Origin: the human T2T-CHM13v2.0 reference genome, Homo sapiens
Length of the DNA stretch: 64,000 bases
Direction: 5' to 3' (one strand)
NCBI RefSeq assembly: GCF_009914755.1
Contig: NC_060933.1
Part shown: positions 55,037-64,000 of the stretch, piece by piece
How positions within the stretch are numbered: the first letter of the stretch is position 1
Layout: each line of letters begins with the position of its first letter
The notes under the pieces: generated by a model
Databases searched by the model: none
What the model saw: the letters and a program-made list of their open reading frames with translations, nothing else
What the model was told of the DNA's origin: nothing
Translations under genes and position numbers: made by a program

Positions 55037-55385
55037 CATGCATACCTCACTTTATTGTATTTTGGTTTATTGCACCTCACAGATATTGTTTTTTGCAAAT
55101 TGAATGTCTGTGACAACCCTGCATAAAGCAAGTCTATTGGCACCATACTTCCAATAGCATGTGCTCACTGCATGTTTCCATGTCAGCATTTTTTAGCTAT
55201 GAACTTTTTAATTAAAATACATACACTTTTAGACATACTGCTATTGCACATTTAATAGACTACTATAATGTAAACATAACTTTTATATGCACTTGGAAGC
55301 CAAAAAACTGGTGACTCCCTTTATTGTGATATTCACCATATTGAGTGGTCTGGAACTAAACTGCAATATCTTTGAGGTATGCCTA
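55037..55385 (+). mobile_element. Tigger1 internal-deletion derivative (349 bp)
   Basis: TIRs catgcatacctc / gaggtatgccta, TA on both flanks. Confidence 0.88.
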
Positions 55386-56265
55386 TATTTCAGTTTTAAT
55401 TCTGCTCTGACCTTTATTATTTCTTTCCATCTAATAATTCTGGGTTTGGCTCCTTCTTGCTTTTCTAGTTTCTTGAGGTGCATTGTTAGGTTATTTGAAA
55501 TCTTTCTGCTTTTTTGATGTAGGTGTTTACCACTATAAACTTCCCTCTTGGCACTGCTTTTGCTGTATCACATAGGTTTTGGTATGTTGTGTCTCTATTT
55601 TAAATTGTTTCAAGAAATTTTTGATTTTCAATTGTTTCATTGACCCATTGGTTATTGAGAAGCATGTTATTTAATTTACATGTATTTTTACAGTTTCCCA
55701 AAGTTTCTCTGGTTATTGATTTCTCGTTTTATTAAATTGTGGTCTGAGAAAAAACTTGATACAATTTCAACTTTTTTGAATTTGGTAAGGGTTGTTTTGT
55801 GGCCTACCATATGGTTTATACTGGACAATGTTCCTTGTGCTGATGAGAAGAATGTGTTTTCTGCAGTTGTTGGATGGAATGTTCTGTAAATGTCTATTAC
55901 CTCTACCACGCAGTTTAAGTCTGATGTTTCTCTGTAGACTTTTTTGTATAGATTATCTGTCCAATGCTGAAAATGGGATAAGTTCTCAATTATTATTGCA
56001 TTGGGGTCTATCTCTTTAGCCCTTATAATATTTGTGTTATGTATCTGGGTGCTCTTGTGTTAGGTGCAAATATATTTACAATTATTATATCCTCTTGATG
56101 AATTGATTTCTTTGTCATTGTATAATGACCTTTTTATTTTTCTTTACTTACAGTCTGTTGTGTCTGATGTAAATATAGCTACTCCTGTACACTTTTGGTT
56201 TCCATTAGCATGGAATGTCTTTTACCATCCCTTCACATTCATTCCATATGTATCTTTATAGGTGA

Positions 56266-56595
<330 letters not shown>

Positions 56596-56886
56596 TTAGT
56601 TTTTAGTTTTGTTTTGTTTTGAAATCTACTCAGCCAGTCTATACCTTTTAATTGGCAATTTAAACTGTTTACATTCAAGGTTGTTATTGACAGGTAAGGA
56701 CTTAATCTTGTCATTCTGTTAATTTCTTCTATTATTTTGTGTATGTTTGTTTCTTTGTTCCTTTCTTCCTTTCTTTGTTCCTTTCTTCCTATCTTACTGT
56801 TAATCTTTGCGGTTGGGTAATTTTCTGTAGTAACAACATTTGATTCCTTTCCCTTTCTTATTTGCATATCTGCTCTGAGCTTTTTA

Positions 56887-57781
56887 CAGGCATACCTTGA
56901 AGATAATACAGGTTTGGTTCTGGCCCACTGCAATAAAGGAAATGTCACAATAAAATGAGTCACATTAGATGTTTAGTTTCTCAGTACATATAAAAGTTAT
57001 GTTGATCCTATCTTGTAGTCTATTAAGTGTGCGATAGCATTTTTTTAATTAAAAAATGCCAACAATCACCCGACCCATCAGTAAGTCATAATCAATTTGC
57101 TGGTCAAGGTATCTTGCCTCATTGTTGACAGCTATTGACTGATCAGGGTGGTGATTGCTAAAGATTGGGGTTGTTGTGGCAATTTATGAAAATAAGATAC
57201 AAATTAAGTATGCTGCATCAATTCAGTCTTCTTTTCACAAAAGATTTCTCTTTAGCATGTGATGCTGTTTGATAACATTTTACCCATAGAACTGCCTTTA
57301 AAATTAAGGTTGATCCTCTCAAATCCTGCCTCTGATCTATCAGCTACGTTTATGTACTATTCTAAATTTGCTGTTGTCATTTCAACAGTGTTTACAGCAT
57401 CTTCACCCATAGTAGATTCCATCTCAATAAACCATCTTTTTGCTCATCCACAAGAAGTAACTTCTCATCCATTCAAGTCGTATCATATTGCAACAATTCA
57501 GTCACATCCTCATGCTCTACTTCTACTTCTCTTGCTATTCCTATAACATCTGTAACATCAAAGTTACATCAAAGATCACTAATCACATACTACCATAACA
57601 GATAAAATAATAGAAGTTTGAAATATTGTGAGAATTACCAAAATATGGACAAGAGACACAAAGTGAGCACATGCTATTGGAAAAATGTTATCAATAGACT
57701 TGTTCAATGCAGAGTTGCCATAAACTTTCAATTTGTAAAAAGTGCATTATCTGTGAAGTACAATAAAATGAAGTATGCTTA
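56887..57781 (-). mobile_element. Tigger1 internal-deletion derivative (~895 bp)
   Basis: TIR caggcatacctt at left, gaagtatgctta at right, TA flanks. Deletion junction near 57550. Confidence 0.88.
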
Positions 57782-57973
57782 TACTTTTGTGTGATTTCAC
57801 GATGGTAACTATCATCCTTTCACTTCCAGATGTAGAACTCCCTTAAGCATTCCTTGTAGGGCCAGTCTAATGGTGATGAATTTTCTCTGTTTTTGCCAGT
57901 CTGGAAAAGACTTTAGCTCTCCTTAATTTCTAAATGATAGTTTTCCTCGGTATAATATTCTTGGCTGACAGGC

Positions 57974-58284
57974 TTTTTGTTTGTTTGTGGTTTGTTTTTG
58001 AGACATGGTCTGGTCTGACTCTGTCACCCAGGCTATAATGCAGTGGCACAATCTCAGCTCACTTCAACCTCCACCTCCTGGGCTCAAGTGATCCTCCCAG
58101 CTCAGCCCCCTGAGTAGCTAGAACTAAAGCACACACCACCATGCCCAACTAATTTTTGTGTTTTTTGTAGAGACGGGGTTTTGCCATGTTGCCCAGACTG
58201 GTCTCAACTCCTGAGCTCAAACAATCTGCCCGCCTCAGCCTCCCAAAGTACTGGGATTACAGGCATGAGCCACCATGCCCAGTG
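57974..58284 (-). mobile_element. AluJb
   Basis: ctcctgggctcaagtgatcctcc and ttgccatgttgcccag J-type diagnostics. Confidence 0.88.
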
Positions 58285-59714
58285 TTTTTCTTTCTTTCTT
58301 TCAGAACTGTGAATATATTATTCCAATCTGTCCTATCCTATAAGGTTTCCACTGAGAAATCTTCTGTTAGTTTGATGTGAGTTCCCTCATATGAGATGCT
58401 GTTTTTAGAAATCGCTCCATCTTTGACTTTTAACAGGTTGACTATAATGTGCCCCAGAGAAGATTTGGGTTAAATTTATTTGGGGATACTTGAGCTTTCG
58501 GTATCTGGATATCTGTGTCTCTTCCCAAACTTGGGAAATTTTTAGTTATTTCACTAAATAGGTTTGCTATGTCTTCTTTGACCTTTGCTTCTGAAACTCC
58601 TGAAATACAAGTATTTGTTCACTTAATGGTATTCAGGATCCCAGGTACACATGGTCACCAGTGATGGCACATCTGGGGAGATCAGTCTTTGGGCCTCCAA
58701 GCAGCTTGTTTAGATGTTGGCACAGGTAGCAGTGAGCAAGGTAGGCAGGCAGGTTTTCAGGGACCTAGGCAGCATGCATGGCATCAAGTGGGGGAAGTTG
58801 TAGCAGTGAGCCAATCCTTGGGCCGCTGGGTGATTTTTTTGGCTATAATCCGTGTTAGTAATATCTGCAAGTTTCTCAGTGACCTAGGCTATGGTTGTTT
58901 GTGGAGGCCACCAGTGGGCCATCGGTGTGTTAGGGGGGGCAGAGTCACTGTGGGTGACAATGGCCCCAAGCAGCCAGACTGGGAAATGTACACTTCAGCT
59001 CCTTGTAACTGGGGACAGCTTTCCTGATGTGCTTGACTGCCTGTTATCCAGGGTGTAGGGCACTCCATGGGTTCAAGTGCCAGGGATGTAGCAGCACCAC
59101 TGGGTCCAGCTGGTCTCATGACACTGCAGCCTTCTGGGTAGATGTGAGAGGATGCTAGCAGAACCTTGGGTATGTGGAAATGCAGTGGCTATGGGACCCA
59201 GGGCATGGTGTAGTCTGGTTGTTCCCCTGATCTCAAAATAGCGCTATGCTACAACAGCCTCTGACCTGGGCAGGTTAGAGGGGCCCCACGACAAATTTCC
59301 TCTCTGGAATAATGCAATTGTGTAGACTCAAGGCACCTTCCTATCCCACTGCACATGTCTGGTAGAAATACAGACTTCTGTGGATCTCCTGCTTACCTTT
59401 CCCCCATAGTAGGGAGTCCCCCCCTTGACTTGGAACCAATCCTGGCCAGCTGCTTCACTTCCCTTTATATGCTGCTCTCAAGTTTCTGTGCCTCAAAGGG
59501 TCTTTGTCATTTCTTTCCTGTATTCTAGTATTCTCTCTTAGATGCTCTAGACATGTGGTTATTTATGTTTTGCTCCTTCTCTGTGAAGGAGGTAAGCACT
59601 GGGCACCTGTAGTCAGCCTCTTGATCTCCAATTTTTTTTAACAGCAACTTAACTGATAGGATATTCTCCTCATATTGTCTAGGACACTGAAAGTGATACA
59701 AAAGTTATATTTGA

Positions 59715-60002
59715 GGCCGGGTGCAGTGGCTCATGCCTTTAATCCCAGCACTTTGGGAGGCTCAGGTGGGCAGATCATCTGAGGTCAGGAGTTTGAGACC
59801 AGGCTGGCCAACAAGGTGAAACCCCGCCTCTACTAAAAATACAAAAATTAACTGGGCGTGAAGGTGCATGCCTGTAATCCCAGCTACTTGGGAGGCTGAG
59901 GCAGGGGAATCCCTTGAACTGGGAGGCAGAGGTTGTAGTGAGCTGAGATTGTGCCACTGCACTCTAGCCAGGACAACACACAGAGAGACTCCATTTCAAA
60001 AA
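59715..60002 (+). mobile_element. AluSx/Sz
   Basis: S-type body. Flanking repeat tatatttga on both sides. Confidence 0.9.
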
Positions 60003-62133
60003 TGTATGTATATTTGAGTCTTAAAATAACAGAGATAGAAGAGTGAGAAATTATAAGGCAAGGCCTCAAGAAATTGCATAGTTGAAAGAAAATATATTTG
60101 TCCATATACAAATTGGTTAAGTATAGCCCACCTCAGTGGAAGGTGGTATGTCTAGAATTACTGGAAAAAGTGCTTATTAGTAATTTACAGGAAGAAAAAC
60201 AGCCTTCGTGTCTCTCAACATTAGGAAGAAAGAGTTCATCTTCAAACCTGTCCACCCCAAATCAGGACATCACTCTTCCCAAGAAAAAGAACCAAATACA
60301 GAAGTATACATCCCTTTTCATTGCTGTAACATGGGACAGGACTCTCTTTTGGCCAGAACAAAAAGGCAGAACACAGAGGACTTGCATTAGAGGCAGAGAG
60401 ATAATGTCAGGCTGTGCAGATAGTAAAAGAAGCCAGACATTCTGTAGAGTAACACAGCTGAATAACAACAGTGATATTAAAATAGAGAGCCTTCTATGGC
60501 CATGAACAGTACTAAGTGCTTGAAATATAATAATCCATTAAATCCTTTTAACAACCCTAGGTGTTAACGATCCTTTCTGTCCCCATTTTATAGATTAAAA
60601 AACTGAGATATGGGAAAGTTAAGTAAATTGCCTAAAATCAGAGAGCCAGGATTTGGTCTAGATAGTCTGTGCTCATAACCACAGCATTATGCTAAACAAA
60701 GAACAGAGATTTCTCTAGGAAAGAACAAAGCTATTATTTTACCTTATATAAGGTTATTTTCTATTTAATCCAAATTCATGGGATGAGGCATAAAGAAGAT
60801 GGAGGGGGAGATTAGAAATAAATATCAGGACCTTAGAGAACCATATCTGTAATGCATTCTGTAGGGTTACTTTTACGTACACAATATTTTGTGTGATCCA
60901 TGATATGGACCCTTCTCTCTGGCTGTGTTCTGTATTTCAGAAAGTGATTCAGAAAGACCTCTAAGTCATAATGATTCCAAGCTTAATTCAAGCCAACCAT
61001 CCAGTATGGTTTGCTTTTAAGTTCAGATGGGCAAACTGTATTAAGATGATGGGGAGGAGAGGAGGGAAATTATTTTATTCATTGTCGTGATAGATATAAT
61101 TAAGTTGTAAATAACTCAGAAGTACCAAGGGAGAACTGCTGCAATCCTAAATAATGATTAAACCAAGCCTAAAAGAGACCAAAAAGAATCAGGCTTTCTG
61201 AACAGAACAGAAGGCTACACAGAAACTGTCTTTAAATGTGAGAGCAAACATATACATAAACTGGTGACATTCAACTTCAGGATGAATTCCTTACTCCAGA
61301 TTTTGTAAAGCACAGAAATGCAGTGACTTCGTATTTTTAATTTTTTAAAGAAAAAAATACATAGCCCTGGAGTGATTTTAATGCATTCTTTCTCTGAGAC
61401 TGGGACTTGATTAGATGGCAATTCAAGGTCCTGCAAATGCTGATCATGATGGAACCTAACTCCTCTACATATAGCCACAGCAAATGTTGGCAGGCACTCT
61501 GATGGTAGGCACTGCTGTTCCATTGCTCCATAGGCCATTATTACAACCCCAACAGTGCCAAGAGCAGATGTGTTTTTTTGTTTGTTTTTTTTTTTTCTGT
61601 TGTTGTCGGTGGCATGGAGTCCTATATCCCATAAATGTAAACTAGGTTTAATTTGGACTTTTAGTTAGAAAAGAAAAAGTTGGTTCTTAAGGGGAAAGAT
61701 TTCTAAGGACCTCCCTTCAATACTGTATAGCAAAAACACAGAACATGCCATATGAACCTCACTTGGGAAATTTAAATAAGGAGCTTTAGAAACATAACGT
61801 GATTTGGCAAGAACGTAATTTGAATGTGGTTGTGAGGTCCCACTAGCAACATATGCTTTTACTAAGCTGTACTATTCCTTTCTTTCACAGTCTGAGCTTT
61901 TAAAATGTTACTTTATATTTTCTATGATTATCATTCAGAACCAAAACCAAAGTAGTTAACTCTGAATAAAACTATCCTATTATAAAATTAGAGCTCATCC
62001 TGAGGAAGAGAGGTAGGGGGGAATGTTTAAATGTGACCCCTTTCTCTTCTCTCCACCCCTTCCAAATACACTCATAAAAACTAAAACCGTGATGGGGGGG
62101 GAATGGAGGAAAAGTCTGTTTATGATTATGAAT

Positions 62134-62146
62134 TGAACTTTGAACC
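62134..62146 (-). promoter_or_regulatory. DR1 nuclear-receptor (HNF4/RXR/COUP-type) motif GGTTCAAAGTTCA
   Basis: tgaactttgaacc in unique DNA, with a forkhead-like tgtttat ~15 nt away. Motif match only. Confidence 0.3.
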
Positions 62147-62403
62147 ATTCCTATTGTTCCTGCCAAGGATTTTTGAATGCTAATGTAAAAAGATATATAT
62201 AAAGTAAGATCTGCTAAGGTATTTTAAGAGTCTACAGTAATGCACCAAGCTTTTTTCCTTGCTTCATTGTTAAAGATAATATGCCTTTCTAACAAAAATG
62301 CTTTCAAGATGTAACCATATTTTGAAATGAATATCATAATACATCCTTTGCAAGCCTGGAATTTGGAAACAAAGAACTTGCTTTAATCTGTTTTTCTTCT
62401 TAC

Positions 62404-62724
62404 CTGATAAGCAGGATGACAGTGCTGCTGGAGGAGGTTTAGACCTGTCCCCAGTCTCATTTGCTTTTCTTCCTCTTTCTTCATCGTGTGGGCCCTGACA
62501 ACCTTTCTTTCTGAAGCTACATAAATTAAACAGGGCTAAGACTATCAATTTTTGTACCAGCTCCAAAACAAGCCAAGACAAGAAAGAATCCTCCAGTTGA
62601 TCGACAGACTTCCAGTATTTCTGCTAAACTGGTAGAGCGGTGAAGTCTCCATGCTTTCCTCTCTAATGAAATAACATCAGAGGTTGGATCCTTGGCTGTC
62701 TTTAATTTTTTCCCTTTTACGTAG
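62404..62724 (-). other. Candidate non-coding exon (alternative acceptor gives 62404-62516)
   Basis: Donor CAG|GTAAGA. Acceptors atctttttAG (62725) and tttaatttatgtAG (62517). GAA-rich body. Confidence 0.35.
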
Positions 62725-64000
62725 CTAAAAAGATATTTCAAATGATGTAGAAAGACAAAATAAGCCAAGTTTATATTCTCCTTTATTGTTCATTCCTTCT
62801 ATTTCACAAATGCTTCTAGTCTTGGGGTATCAGCTCCCCTGAAAGTCAGATCTAAGAACCTCAGCACACAAGCCCTGAAGTGGCCTGAAGTTCACAGGAA
62901 ACCAGTGAACTGTGCTGCCTGAAATGGTCTTCAAACACTGATGAGTTGATTTTTCCTTTATGAGGTCTGGATCAACAAAATAACTTGTGATTTTTCAGAT
63001 AGGTACATAAAGGATGGTTTATAATAGGTAATCAAAGGAAAAGGGTGGTATGATTCAATTTGCAAAGTAAATGATACATCAGTAAAGCCATCTGATTAGA
63101 AGACATAATTAGTGAAGGCAATAACATGAAGGATCTACTAGCTCCTAAGAAAAGACTCAGCAGATAGAAGGGTCCCAATATATTTTAGTTGAAACTGGAT
63201 CTTAGATCTGACTTTAAAATCTAGGTTTCTGTGTGGACCTTAAGAAAAACTTCTATCAGCTTTCCTAAGAGAGGTTTTGGTAAAGATTTCCAGCCTTTAG
63301 AGGAAGGCTTAAGGATCCAATTTTTTCATGAAGAACATTAACCACCATAAAAACCTTTCTATTGTCAACACCCTTCAGCCTTCTAGAAAGAAGAACACTG
63401 CTATGAATTGTAAAGCCTACCAATCTTCTCCAACAGTGTACAACATTGCATTAGAGGAAATTTGATCTCAACAGAATAAATCTCTATTATTTCCAACAGA
63501 CATAAGAATTTACATATGGTAAATTTCTAAGATTATGTGGGGGTTTTGGCACCTTTCTCCTACATTCTGCCTAATTAATGGTGGTATCTGGGTTCCAACA
63601 AAGCCCTCCTCCATGGGAAGCCTATGGGCCCCTCTTCTTATTCCACTCAGAATCAAAACATTCGCAATATTATTTCAAGATTGTGGAATTTCACAAAACC
63701 ACTGCATTACCAGACAATTATGCATGCAATATTGTCTAATTGGCTAACTCCAGGAACAAAAGATGGACAACTGTTACAGTTATATTCTGATGAATTCAGG
63801 CTAAATGTGGCTTGAATCAAGGAATATGGTGACCCTAAAATTATAATGTTAAAAACAAATATGCAAAACTAGTAGTTTTATATCTTGTTCTTTCCTCTCA
63901 TATCTGTGGACATTAAAAAAAAAAGCCTATGCAGCTTTTCACTAGTCTGAAATGGTATAGGTTGGAGAAGATTTTAGACATTTTGGACTTAATAGACAAA

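Noticed and set aside
56751-56790. 20-bp tandem duplication (ttctttgttcctttcttcct x2)
   Set aside because: Ordinary slippage in pyrimidine-rich L1 sequence
60098-60505. 135-aa plus-strand ORF
   Set aside because: Non-ATG start, no homology recognised, no splice support

Overview
AT-rich, repeat-dense primate (very probably human) non-coding DNA, judged from the AluY/AluS/AluJ, L1PA/PB/MA/ME, THE1/MST/MLT1, Tigger/Charlie, MIR and L2 content. I cannot support any cellular protein-coding exon. Nearly all ORF-track entries are chance frames or lie in Alu, L1 or MaLR sequence. Main structures: a THE1 solo LTR split by an AluSp (1975-2653), a full-length MSTB element (3748-6187), a full-length THE1B (17481-19772) nested in MLT1 inside L1MC, Tigger3b, MER8, Charlie1b, several young AluY copies with TSDs, and a long antisense L1MA (51255-59625) carrying six later insertions. 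Best non-repeat signals, all on the minus strand: a TATA box with a ~100-nt candidate first exon ending in CTG|GTAAGT (467-596), and candidate internal exons at 25437-25552 and 62404-62516/62724. I could not identify the gene. I found no convincing new biological system. The most testable hypothesis is a DUX4-motif-bearing THE1B whose internal ORF is still open for about 183 codons. Repeat subfamily calls come from recalled consensus sequences, and the boundaries of old repeats are approximate.
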